Origin: Phoronis australis
Lineage: Eukaryota; Animalia; Phoronida
Direction: 5' to 3'
Assembly: GCA_002633005.1 (NCBI GenBank)
Contig: NMRA01000027.1
Span: 1,229,788-1,293,787, forward strand
Length of the DNA stretch: 64,000 nt
Below, in pieces: positions 56,101 to 64,000 of the stretch; position 1 is the first letter of the stretch, and each line of letters opens with the position of its first letter. A program made the translations under genes and the position numbers. The notes below the pieces were generated by a model that did no database searches, had not been told where the DNA came from, and was given only the letters and a program-made list of their open reading frames with translations.

Positions 56101-58357
56101 AGAAACAGTCTTTGGCGCCCTACCATTTATGCATGTCTGTATGTATGTGCGTAATGTATGTATGTGTGGTTTTGCAGAAAAGAACGGCCGTCGTCCGCCT
56201 CGCTCTTCCTGTGTGTATGCCGGGCTGGAGCCCCTGCAGTTCACCAACCTCTTCCCGACCTGGTTGGACCACGAGGACATCGCCGAGCTCAATAAGAAGG
56301 TAAGTTAGTCACATGTTGACAGGAAGCGGCACCTGTCTTGTCTTGATGTCGCCCTGAAAATGGTTTGCCTAGGCCTCCAGTTACTCAATTATTAACTGAG
56401 AATGGCAAGTGCACTCGGGCAAAAGTTATGACAGTATGTTGCCTGATCTAATGCTCCAACCAATGCAGTGAGACACATGTGATGAACGTTCCAAGAAACT
56501 TTTGTGCTCATTAAATAAAAAGATAATTGCAAGCGGTCTGGTAGATGGTGTAGCAGACATGCGCAGGCCGCCTAGGTGGGCCCATTGCAGTAGTCACCTG
56601 GTATCATTTTTGTGCTTTATTAATTTATAGTTACTGTTATAGCTTATTGAATTACCTACAGACTTGCTTACTCACTCCACTATCTGAAGATTTACTCTGT
56701 TACAGTGTTCCACAAATAACTTCCAGGTGTCTGTACTATGTCCCAGGCTTCTAGAAACTTCCAGAGCAAGGTTCTACATATTTCACTAGTGTAATGAACC
56801 GTTTCTCAAGTGTTCTTCTATGAACAGTAACACAATTACTGGCCTGTTCTCACTGGGATTGGGTCATTCAGCTGCTAACTGTCAGCTTACCAGTTTGTAA
56901 TTATTTAACTATAATTTTAATTTAAAGTTGATTTACTACTTTCATAAATTATGGGATTACAATGGTATCTTCTTGTGTTGTTGCAGTTGTGACCCGATTC
57001 CCTCTCTAGTGTTACTTTTATTTGAATGAAACGCCCTCTTGTGTCTTACTAGGATGGTAAGCGTCAGGGAGAGAAGGTAGCCATAGATGAACTGTTGGAG
57101 CGACTCAACCGCACACGCTATTCACTGGAAGAGCTTCAAGAGCGCCCCCTGCCAGAGGGAGTGGACCCTACACACCTGGAGTCTTATCTTGCCGATGACG
57201 AGTTTGAGGTGGGTAAATTCGTGAATATTGAATTAGGGAAATGTACATCCCTACTGTGGGTTGGACTCGATGTACTAACTTAAAGCCTAACTTTAATCAA
57301 CGGAATTTTGTTATTTTAGATGTATTGGGCTAACCAGATAGTCCTGGCAAAGCCTTAGTAAAATAAGAAAACACAAGTTCAATCATGCAATTGCAAGCCC
57401 ATCAAATGATAAGTGAAGTTGCCTTTTCGTGCTTTGTTGCGTCACCATGAGATCCCTGCACAAACAACAAAAGGATGTATTGAATAGGGTTCCAAATAGA
57501 ACCCCATTGTGTGCGGGTGTTATTGGCAGCTGTGTTATTTAAAAGGTGATTCTTGCGGTGACGTAGACAAAAGCAAGCCAATACACCTAACAGTTCGTTT
57601 TGGCACCTTATGGCTCTAGTGGGCTCAGAGCGATGCTCTTAACATACTGTAGGAACCAAATATACAGGTGTTACCATTGAAGATAGGCTTTAATAAGCAC
57701 TAAGTTGAACTTTGGCTCGCTGTTTACATGACGACTGTGTGGGGGGGTAGCATGCTGCACGTAATGGCATTAAAACAACCTATCCTCCGCAAAATGTCAC
57801 AGATAGTTTCAATTTGATCGGATACGCGATCGTGTTCTATAGTACTTAATGGCAATAGTCCGATAAAACGTGCCCAGATTTTGAGGACTGGTTTAATGCG
57901 GGTTATTCAGTGTAGAAAATTGGTTCTCAAAAAACAGGTACATTATATCGGAGTGTTACCATACTTAACTATACATTGCTCACATTTACTAGGTTCCTGA
58001 ATGTATTCAAGTATATTTTTAAATACGAGTTCCTGTAGGTGGTTCTAATGCAACTCATTAGTTCAGAAGTCCCAAAAAGTATTTGCATTGCGTAGAAGTT
58101 GGAGAAATGTCAGGATCAATTGTAATTGCTTGGGTGGTGGCGGCGGCGGCAGTGGTATTCTGTGCTTCTACCATGTGCTGTGACCAACATTGTCCTGTAT
58201 AGTAACATTGTACGTAGTGGTCAACTCTTGACTGCATGTCTTGATAAAGTATTTGATGTGTACACTTCAGGAGATTTTGGGAACAACTAAAGAGGAATTT
58301 CAGAAACTACCTGCCTGGAAACAACGAGATCTCAAGAAAGAGGCTGGCCTGTTCTGA
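11125..58357 (+). CDS. SVIL: Supervillin (whole spliced gene span; 30 core exons, about 2429 aa, plus 2 candidate cassette exons)
   Basis: Exons join with GT-AG boundaries and matching phases. Translation contains supervillin hallmarks as I recall them: [90 protein letters not shown] and the C-terminal headpiece [16 protein letters not shown]. The 5' end is less certain than the rest. Confidence 0.93.
12709..12854 (+). CDS. SVIL: Supervillin exon (DGSKK...[22 protein letters not shown])
   Basis: Acceptor ttttgttcacag, donor AGG|gtatgt, phase 1 to 0; carries the RxxTxPVTxEE motif seen in later exons. Confidence 0.85.
14029..14214 (+). CDS. SVIL: Candidate cassette exon ([33 protein letters not shown]...LSLSE)
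   Basis: Acceptor tttaatttcag, donor GAG|gtaata, 186 nt, open in phase 0-0 matching the flanking exons. Confidence 0.6.
16231..18071 (+). CDS. SVIL: Large low-complexity N-terminal exon (1841 nt)
   Basis: 610-aa ORF rich in K/S/E/D; acceptor atcattccag, donor AG|gtaaat; phase 0 to 2. Confidence 0.9.
18526..18657 (+). CDS. SVIL: Supervillin exon ([28 protein letters not shown])
   Basis: tttaccag / AG|gttagc, phase 2-2. Confidence 0.88.
18872..19310. mobile_element. Non-autonomous DNA transposon (MITE) with TA target duplication, Tc1/mariner/pogo-like
   Basis: TA|CTGGGGGTTTCAATAGATCAGCCC ... GGGCTTATCTATGAAAACCCCAG|TA imperfect TIRs; internal repeated AAATAAAC..GGGCGT.TATTCGG motifs. Confidence 0.75.
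20510..20686 (+). CDS. SVIL: Supervillin exon (PARAK...[17 protein letters not shown])
   Basis: ctttctggttgcag / AG|gtgagt, phase 2-2. Confidence 0.9.
21361..22188 (+). CDS. SVIL: Supervillin exon ([12 protein letters not shown]...[11 protein letters not shown]...[12 protein letters not shown]...SEEDVS)
   Basis: Inside a 340-aa GC-richer ORF; cattatgcag / AG|gtttgt, phase 2-2. Confidence 0.88.
22368..22993. mobile_element. Foldback/MITE with long imperfect TIRs, possibly Kolobok-like
   Basis: GGTCACTGTCTACCTTCGTTACCAAAAATTTT pairs with AAAATTTGGTAATGAAGGTAAACAGTGACC; an inner block (TTTTAAAATC..AGAATCTTATT..GCATGAAAACAATGT) is also mirrored; flanks ATAA/CTAA may be decayed TTAA. Confidence 0.8.
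23978..25557. repeat. 23-bp minisatellite (CCGTGGCTTCGTCACTCATCGTG) spanning an assembly gap
   Basis: Near-perfect tandem copies on both sides of the N run, with divergent edge units. Confidence 0.97.
24276..25112. other. Assembly gap (N run) inside the minisatellite
   Basis: Run of N. Confidence 1.
25759..25791 (+). CDS. SVIL: Candidate 33-nt micro-exon ([12 protein letters not shown])
   Basis: tcgtcttttag / AG|gtgggt, phase 2-2 like its neighbours; its end mimics the end of the previous exon (SEEDVSR). Confidence 0.5.
26074..26200 (+). CDS. SVIL: Supervillin exon ([13 protein letters not shown]...[14 protein letters not shown])
   Basis: ctcatttcag / CAG|gtgaga, phase 2 to 0; resembles the vertebrate SLAEKLALF...RYQTQPVT segment. 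Not in the ORF track. Confidence 0.92.
26742..26853. mobile_element. About 110-bp palindromic mini-MITE, copy 1
   Basis: GTGCCCAAATTTTGAGAACTAGTTT-loop-AAACTGGTTCTCAAAATGCGGGCAC; homologous to the copies at 32857 and 57850. Confidence 0.8.
27223..27448 (+). CDS. SVIL: Supervillin exon ([12 protein letters not shown]...TIPKP)
   Basis: ttgttctttcag / CAG|gtgaga, phase 0 to 1; completes RFKTQ|PVT. Confidence 0.92.
28007..28313 (+). CDS. SVIL: Supervillin exon (ALKKSTETV...RRSRDLNR)
   Basis: ccatcttgcag / CAG|gtaagt, phase 1 to 2. Confidence 0.9.
30540..31290 (-). mobile_element. Decayed non-LTR retrotransposon (LINE) ORF2 3' fragment
   Basis: Minus-strand translation with stops and frameshifts: [68 protein letters not shown], then [17 protein letters not shown], a decayed C-terminal CCHC-type knuckle typical of LINE ORF2. 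Boundaries approximate. Confidence 0.85.
32857..32967. mobile_element. About 110-bp palindromic mini-MITE, copy 2
   Basis: Shares CCACTGAATAACGGGCATCACACTGGTTCTCAAAAT core and GGCATAG..CTATTGCC ends with the other copies. Confidence 0.8.
34713..34768. other. Poly-C tract containing a short assembly gap (N 34724-34751)
   Basis: C homopolymer on both sides of the N run. Confidence 0.95.
41912..42177 (+). CDS. SVIL: Supervillin exon (YNTQPV...[11 protein letters not shown]...[20 protein letters not shown])
   Basis: tttctctgcag / CAG|gtgggt, phase 2 to 1; matches the vertebrate SIKERLALLKKSGEEDW segment. Confidence 0.93.
42181..42236. repeat. 15-bp tandem repeat (GGTGGAGCTTGAGTA) x about 3.7
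   Basis: Perfect copies starting immediately after the donor site at 42178. Confidence 0.95.
42926..43054 (+). CDS. SVIL: Supervillin exon ([12 protein letters not shown]...[13 protein letters not shown])
   Basis: gtgtttag / CAG|gtgagt, phase 1-1; matches the NDSTQFTVAGRM-type segment. Confidence 0.93.
44050..44136 (+). CDS. SVIL: Supervillin exon ([28 protein letters not shown])
   Basis: atgattcag / AAG|gtaagt, 87 nt, phase 1-1, open frame. Confidence 0.8.
44866..44961 (+). CDS. SVIL: Supervillin exon ([19 protein letters not shown]...ETP)
   Basis: ttttggttgcag / CAA|gtatgt, 96 nt, phase 1-1. Confidence 0.8.
45674..46186. mobile_element. CpG-rich non-autonomous DNA transposon with hAT-like termini
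   Basis: Perfect 13-bp TIR CAGGGCTTGGAAT...ATTCCAAGCCCTG; repeated subterminal TTTCCGCG motifs; no clear TSD. Confidence 0.8.
46268..46442 (+). CDS. SVIL: Supervillin exon (IVTSHDG...DEDFDKFFD...NSNQ)
   Basis: tttgatttcag / GT|gtaagt, phase 1 to 2. Confidence 0.9.
46899..47056 (+). CDS. SVIL: Supervillin exon ([39 protein letters not shown])
   Basis: ccattttgtag / A|gtgagt, phase 2 to 1; conserved KNPLK..REDL.QEYTE segment. Confidence 0.94.
47650..47802 (+). CDS. SVIL: Supervillin exon ([20 protein letters not shown]...[11 protein letters not shown])
   Basis: ttcgtttcag / AAG|gtatgg, phase 1-1; supervillin signature [10 protein letters not shown]. Confidence 0.96.
48002..48138 (+). CDS. 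SVIL: Gelsolin-repeat exon ([29 protein letters not shown])
   Basis: tctcccttag / AAG|gtaaag, phase 1 to 0; canonical gelsolin-repeat motif. Confidence 0.97.
48493..48640 (+). CDS. SVIL: Gelsolin-repeat exon ([16 protein letters not shown]...FWQLLG)
   Basis: cttgccttccag / CG|gtaagc, phase 0 to 1. Confidence 0.96.
49176..49321 (+). CDS. SVIL: Gelsolin-repeat exon ([11 protein letters not shown]...[12 protein letters not shown])
   Basis: gacatttcag / GAG|gtagtg, phase 1 to 0. Confidence 0.95.
49670..49826 (+). CDS. SVIL: Gelsolin-repeat exon ([16 protein letters not shown]...[11 protein letters not shown])
   Basis: ttctccacag / GA|gtaagt, phase 0 to 1. Confidence 0.97.
50595..50686. repeat. 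Perfect 46-bp tandem duplication
   Basis: TAGACCTCAGAGTGAGAGTAGAAACATTTGACTGTTCTGAACTGCA occurs twice head to tail. Confidence 0.95.
51023..51189 (+). CDS. SVIL: Supervillin exon ([13 protein letters not shown]...[11 protein letters not shown])
   Basis: aaatttcag / GAT|gtaagt, phase 1 to 0. Confidence 0.96.
51677..51789 (+). CDS. SVIL: Supervillin exon ([15 protein letters not shown]...LEGSHVGRG)
   Basis: tttttgtag / TG|gtatga, phase 0 to 2. Confidence 0.92.
52250..52935. repeat. Degenerate modular repeat (about 120-160 bp subunits), probable non-autonomous element
   Basis: ATCTCC....GATTTTCGTGAAATTTG-like modules near 52265, 52388, 52545, 52681 and 52820; reverse-complement relatives at 59470-59870. 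Confidence 0.55.
53037..53104. repeat. (GT)n microsatellite
   Basis: More than 30 GT units. Confidence 0.99.
53350..53519 (+). CDS. SVIL: Gelsolin-repeat exon ([28 protein letters not shown])
   Basis: aattccgtag / CAG|gtgagg, phase 2 to 1. Confidence 0.95.
53724..53772. repeat. Imperfect (TTA)n microsatellite next to a 3' splice site
   Basis: ttattattag..ttattattattattac..; ends about 13 nt upstream of the exon at 53786. Confidence 0.9.
53786..53940 (+). CDS. SVIL: Gelsolin-repeat exon ([31 protein letters not shown])
   Basis: gtttttgccag / CAG|gtggcg, phase 1 to 0. Confidence 0.96.
54311..54755 (+). CDS. SVIL: Gelsolin-repeat exon ([13 protein letters not shown]...SSLRS...YVWHGAK...EEGSE..FW)
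   Basis: tttattgtag / ATG|gtgaga, phase 0 to 1. Confidence 0.97.
55238..55399 (+). CDS. SVIL: Gelsolin-repeat exon ([17 protein letters not shown]...[11 protein letters not shown])
   Basis: gttctacag / CAG|gtaggt, phase 1-1. Confidence 0.95.
55838..55996 (+). CDS. SVIL: Gelsolin-repeat exon ([18 protein letters not shown]...[14 protein letters not shown])
   Basis: ctctctcttcag / AAG|gtaggt, phase 1-1. Confidence 0.97.
56178..56299 (+). CDS. SVIL: Supervillin exon ([23 protein letters not shown])
   Basis: ggttttgcag / AAG|gtaagt, phase 1 to 0. Confidence 0.96.
57053..57208 (+). CDS. SVIL: Headpiece N-terminal exon ([30 protein letters not shown])
   Basis: gtcttactag / GAG|gtgggt, phase 0-0; villin headpiece motif LPEGVDP. 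Confidence 0.97.
57850..57961. mobile_element. About 110-bp palindromic mini-MITE, copy 3 (loop in opposite orientation)
   Basis: TGGCAATAGTCCGATAAAACGTGCCCAGATTTTGAG...CTCAAAAAACAGGTACATTATATCGGAGTGTTACCA; loop is the reverse complement of copies 1 and 2. Confidence 0.8.
58271..58357 (+). CDS. SVIL: Terminal exon, villin headpiece ([28 protein letters not shown])
   Basis: tacacttcag acceptor, phase 0; headpiece consensus ending in TGA at 58355-58357. Confidence 0.97.
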   Translation, partial: EILGTTKEEFQKLPAWKQRDLKKEAGLF

Positions 58358-59250
58358 TTGGCTGTTGTAGAAGACGCGAAAGAGGCTGATCTGTTGTGAT
58401 TGGTTGTTATTGTTCTTGCTGAAAGTAGAAGACTAACTAACTGGGTGTTTATTTCAAGCTATGAGCGAGTGCTTACTTAATTTGTCAGTCATAATGTCCA
58501 GAATTGTTTAGCTTGACATGTTGCTGCAGACCAGAGGAAATGTGCCATTGTTTCTGTAATATTTTCAGGGAATGAAATAGCTGGGGTATACTGTTGCCAT
58601 ATCCTGGTGGTGATAAACCAAACCAAACCAGAATTATTCAGTCATTTATGCCATTTGAGTTAGGTACATTTGTGAAATTCTAATACCTGATTTCTTCCGT
58701 CACACACTTGTCCTTACGATTATCCGCATAGGTCTTCACTGTTATTGAAATGGTGATAAATAACTGATAGATAACTTGTGTTGGGGGCTTCCAAATGTTT
58801 TTAGAGCATCTTGTTGCTATGACAACTTCGGTGTTAGCCTTGTTGAAATTGTTTGTGTTAATTACACATTTTACAGTCGTCTGCACAATAGGAGTATGCC
58901 AACTTTGTTTGCGAAGCGTTTCACTAAAGAGAATCAATGGCTGTCCACCAAAGCAATTGTGCCTTTTTCTCAAATGCTCTGACCAATATTAAGTTTTTGA
59001 GACAGCTTTGAAGGTATACTTCAAACTATGCTTAATGCAGCTGTGTTAGTTGTTTTGAAACGGTTTTTGAATGCTGCGCAAATGCTTGCCTTATGTCTGT
59101 AAATACTTGTTGTTATGGAAACGCATGGTGACACACCCTTGGTGAAGTCTCTCTTTTGCGCGATTTACACAAATGCAAAGATGGTTGTAAATTCTTTGAT
59201 ATAGGTTTAGTTATTGTTATATAGTTATATATTTGAAAATGAAGACTTCA

Positions 59251-59256
59251 AATAAA
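59251..59256 (+). terminator. Probable polyadenylation signal (3'UTR about 0.9 kb)
   Basis: AATAAA followed about 20 nt later by a T/GT-rich tract (tgtttttgtgtgt); repeat-rich sequence begins soon after. Confidence 0.6.
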
Positions 59257-59439
59257 TCATTCTTAACAAATAATGTTTTTGTGTGTACATGGTCTCTTTA
59301 TGCTAATTGCTGGGGATTGGCAGGGTACAGCTGCATGAAACAAGAGCAACTCTGGTGTGGTGAATTGCGCCCAGGACTGTCCTGCAACAGGTATACTTCT
59401 AGGTGTTTATTGGCATCTCAAACCCGCACAAAAAGATAA

Positions 59440-59900
59440 TAGGTGTTGTCTCCCAAATAGAAATACCTTTGCCAAAATTCATGAAAATCCATCAAGGAAC
59501 TCCGGAGAAACTGAGGAGATACAGCCCAGACGCTGAAAACAAATAGCCACGAGGCAGGCGAGCGGGGAAGATGACTCAAAATGTGTAAAAATAGCCACTA
59601 GGTACCGCAGAAAGCGTCATGTCCGTCCGAAAACTGGAAGGTATCGCCATATATAATCTATGTCGTCGCATTAATGTAATCCTATTTTCCAAATTTCATG
59701 AAAATCCATCAAGGAAAGTCAGAGATACAGACGGAGGCAAACGTAAAAAGAATAAAATACGTCACTAGGGGGTATACCTGTGGGCGGTTAGGTCCGAAAC
59801 TCGTCATCATCCTAGTAGGAACATGTGTGCCAAATCTCTTGAAAATCCTGCAAAAGGTGTAGGAGACGCAGCGAGGAAGATGGCCGCCCAGTTAGATGAC
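59440..59900. repeat. Modular repeat with CCAAATTTCATGAAAATCCATCAAGGA subunits
   Basis: Three related modules near 59472, 59689 and 59830, with AAATAGCCAC.AGG motifs; same family as 52250-52935 in the opposite orientation. Confidence 0.65.
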
Positions 59901-62645
59901 GGCAATATGCACCCAGAAATGTTTATGATGGCGCATAAAAAGAAGCACTGAAGGACAATTATTTAAAGTAACTGTTCCGAAGGGGCGTCGGGGCAGTATA
60001 TAGACAACGGAAAAAAAACAGTATAAAGACAAGCAATCAGTAGCATGACAGCTGTTGCCAACAAGCCGGCTTCATGTGAATCAAACTCTAAGCTGTTGCC
60101 ATCAAGCCAGCTTCACCTCTACGATGTCAATAACGCTGTTGCCATCCAGCCAGCGTCTCGTCTCCAGAACGAAGATCAAGCACACCACCTCTACCACCAC
60201 CGGCCTTCCAGGTCCTGCCCTCGATCTGCGTCCACACCAACCACAGCAAGGACAGAAGGCGAGATCCTCCGATCTCGCGAAGCTGTCATCTACTCTCTCA
60301 CAATTATTTAAAGGTTTCTAGGAGACTCATGGCTGGTGGCTGCAGACTAGTATTCCGTTAGAGCAACAAAACTGCGTTTGGCTAGACATGCATTTTTTAT
60401 TCCTTGAACTCCGTCCACGAACAGCGAAAATGTGGTATTACAACTCTAGTTTCAAATATTCGTTTTTAGCTCATCTGGGGACAGAACATAATATACAGGC
60501 CTTCGAAACATATTTTTCAGACATGGTTCAAGATTATTTTTTATCAAGGCTTACGGTTTGCTTTCGCAGCACAGGTCGTCAAAACGCACTTGGAAACGTG
60601 CACGTAATGATTCATGCATATATTTCGAAAAATCGAGAAAATTTGTAAAGCGAAGCTTGTGCGGAGCGTATTAATTTGAAGGATTTTTAAATTCAATAAG
60701 TCAACTTTTCGACTGCAAAACCATATTTTTCCAGAGGTCCCTTTCTGGCAAGGGATAACGGAGACAACTGTCGTTTTTTTCTCGAATTGTAAATCATTTG
60801 AGAAAAATTGATGACCTGACAGATATCATCAATTGCTGCACATTTCTTGATTTTGAAAATATATATATATTCACATTGAGAGGCCCCACCCTTAAAGGAG
60901 GCCATTGTAGACATTCAAGTGGACACAGTTTTTATGTTTTTATTGACAAATTCTTAGGGGCCAATGTTGGACATGATTACGTTTATTTTCCTGTTTTTTG
61001 TGAAATCGTGCAACCGACTTTCATGTTGAAGAAGGTCACTTCCTGCACCGTCATGTGACCACACGGCGGTGGAATAAACTGTTACTTTGTCTGAAGCTCA
61101 ATGATGTTTAGTCTTTCATAATTAAAGTGTCCCATTTCAGACGGGACCCTCTCTCGGTGGAGCAGTTAGGGGAAATGTCCATTTGTCCATCTATACATGT
61201 AAATCCGACACTGCCAAGTATTCACGAGGGAAGTTGTGATTCCAACTTCCTCAAAAACACAAACATGCGTGCACAGCACAGCTGTATCAAGACATTCGAC
61301 CCAAACAACCAAAAAATGTTTAAAAATACAATAGGATTGACCGCCATCGAAAGCGAGACAGGAATTTTAAACAACGACGCTATTTGTTAATTACACAAAA
61401 GGACTATTTCTGTTGGTTAGTTATAGAATGATGTTAATGTTTCCCATAGTATCACAAGAATACTATCTCTTTTGAAGATGGTTACTATGAGTTGTTTGTA
61501 AAGAATTCCCACATGAGGAAAACCCTACTGTCGAGGCTACCATCGGGGTGACCGTGTACATGTCGAACGAGTGTACCCAAATACTCGCAATAATAAACAA
61601 ATTACACGTAAACAAATATCTCATCGTTTGTTTTTTTTTTTGAAGACAAACTCGTTTTATTTATTTTTTAGGACAAACTCGTGAACCGTTATAGATACCT
61701 CAGAAATGAGCAAAAATACGCCTTACTATGAATGCCCAATCTCCCATTTCGCCCGGTTACCAGTCAAAAATCTGCGAGCATGCCTGCAAAAATTGCTTAT
61801 AACATTCCGTTTTGATCAACAAATTCCTTGTTTTTTCTCATTTGCATGATTATGTATCTACGAAAACCGACAGGTTAATATGTGATTTTTGGCAATTAAA
61901 AGCTTATCTTTTAAGAAATGATGACGATTTAGGGAATTTAGTTGAAGCATGAATATGGAAAAACTATAATCCGATCCCCAAATAGTAAATTGCACTTGGA
62001 CGCTTCTATCTAAAATAACTCTCAAAGACATTGATGAAATTTGGACACTTCCCAAAAATTTACTCACAATTCAAATGACAATAAATGCATTGCTTTTTGA
62101 CTTCGGTACAAGATTTGTTGTTTAAAGTCTCTAATAGGGGATCGAGAAGGAATTACGTTATTAAATCAAGGTAAACCCATTGGTCATGGATTTGATTTTG
62201 GTTTCTGATTTACATTACGAAAGTGGACTGATTGAGAGATGATTTTTTGACAATTAGAAGCTAATATTGTAAGAAATGACAATGTTTCAATGACCTTAAT
62301 TGCAGTCCGACATTGGGAAATTCGATTTTTGTCTATCTGAAATAAGTTTCAAGGAAATTGGCGAATTTCGGATAGGTCAGCAATGTGTCGTAAAATGTTC
62401 TCAGATGACAATAAATTGTTTATTGGCTTAGGAACTATATTACTGGGTTTAAGTTTATAAACCGTAAATCGAAAACGAAGTTTAATTACTTAAATAAATA
62501 AAATCAAACTTATTGGTCATCAACTTGGAAAGGTTGTCTTTGAACTTCCTTGATGTTTATGGTTTCCAGTAGTATTGCGCAATGAATTTTTGTTCTTCAA
62601 AACTGAATAGTTTGCTTGCATTTCCCGTGCATACGACACACACGG

Positions 62646-62890
62646 CATGCGCGCACCCAGCCTAAAATATAGGGGGGCTCGAATTTTCGAAGACTTTGAC
62701 CTTTTACTAAAGAAAAAACAACGGATACGGGGTTCGTTCAGGGCTATGAATTGTGCATACGCCGAATCCCGTCTTTTTAGTGGTCTTATATCTCATTTTT
62801 CTCAGACTTTTTGTTTCTCTGAGGTGGACCTTTTTACCTTACTTTGTCGAATGGGTAGGGGCTCGTTCGAGCCCCCCGGGTGCGTGCATG
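62646..62890. mobile_element. 245-bp MITE with 5-bp flanking direct repeat
   Basis: TIR CATGCGCGCACCC...GGGTGCGTGCATG, subterminal GGGGGGCTCGAA / TTCGAGCCCCCC, and CACGG directly on both sides. Confidence 0.8.
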
Positions 62891-64000
62891 CACGGAGCAC
62901 GTCATGACAGGCACACCCACGTTACAAATAAAATGTAACCCTGCAGTAGTCTGCGTAGAATCTCAGGTACCCACGAGAACTTAATTTGAACTCCAGACGT
63001 TGAAGGGTGTACATTTTTGGGACACCCTTTGTGTCATTTCCCCGAGCCCAGCAACCAGAAACTGGAATTTTGAAACGGCCACAAAGGTACTCATACTAGG
63101 CACCTCGGGACCTCACCTCTTTCCAAAAATTACTTCAAAGAATGGCCATAATAAAATGAATTTTCCCGAAACCGGATCATGATAAAACGAAGTTGACCTT
63201 GGACCCAGAGCAGAGGAATAGGTACGAATCCACCGTTGGAACCCGGCTATAGTTACTTCAGGCAGCTCCCAGCTACCCGTCAGTGCACTCGGGCCCTAGA
63301 CCCATTCTTACTCTTCGTGAAACTTTGTTGGTTCACGACGGTTACTCAAACCCCCGTTGATGCTTCCCCGGTATTACCCCCACCTATGGCGGACATTGGG
63401 GGTTCGGTACAACTATGGTGACATCCAGAGAACGGGGGATAGCAAGGGGGTAGGTTGGCGAAGTCAAATTGGATTGTGCCTACCGAATAATTTCTTCCTT
63501 CCTTCGGGCCTGGGTTTCACAAGTTTAGATATCAAACATGTTACATAAGATACGTAGTCAAACTGTCCAATCAGCAATCTTAAGTTAAATGGCAAAGTCA
63601 TGTTAGAAGCAGGCACCCACGCTTTAAAATATTTATAATTACCTTCCCTTGAGCATTAGGGGGGTTGCCAAGCTGAAATATGCGCCGTTGCCATAGTAAC
63701 TAGGTTTATTCCACGACAACATCGGCAATTTCAGGTTTGAAATCAAATTCACATTAGAAGCAGGAAACCTTACCAAAAGTACTTGGGGGGACTCTGTTAT
63801 GAAATTTAGAGCAGGTACCGCCAAGCTGGATTGGTTAAAGGAGAATGCCACCCAAAAAACCTATTTTGTATCAACTTTAGATTGATTAGTTCAACTCGAT
63901 AACGGCAGGTTCGGTTGCGTTGCCTGACACCTGACGGCAGACGGAGGTGTTGAAATTTTCCAATGACGTAATTGGTTTCACACGCAGTCTGTTCAGCAGT

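Noticed and set aside
60051-60160. CRISPR interpretation of the repeat-spacer pattern
   Set aside because: Only three imperfect repeats, spacers too short, no cas genes, animal genome; kept only as an unexplained repeat.
63590-63830. Degenerate repeats (TTAGAAGCAGG, GCCAAGCTG) about 140-150 bp apart
   Set aside because: Too short and too near the window edge to classify.

Overview
AT-rich animal genomic DNA (invertebrate-like, draft assembly with two N gaps). It is not prokaryotic and has no CRISPR array, operon or recognisable RNA gene. The window is dominated by one + strand spliced gene, a supervillin orthologue (SVIL; villin/gelsolin family). I reconstructed it by hand as 30 core exons from a probable ATG at 11125 to TGA at 58357, with GT-AG introns and compatible phases throughout (7290 nt, about 2429 aa), plus two frame-neutral candidate cassette exons (14029-14214, 25759-25791). 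The C-terminal part has supervillin-type gelsolin repeats and a villin headpiece. The long low-complexity N-terminal part is built from reiterated short motifs (R-x-x-T-[QLT]-P-[VI]-T, ELxxxLxxR helices, [PS]-[ITV]-L-K). Introns and the 3' flank hold two minisatellites, microsatellites, several MITE-like inverted-repeat elements and a decayed antisense LINE ORF2 fragment. I found no convincing new biological system; the best leads are the motif architecture of the N-terminus, candidate alternative exons/starts, and an in-frame duplication of the stop-codon region. Homology calls are from memory of the families, not from database searches.
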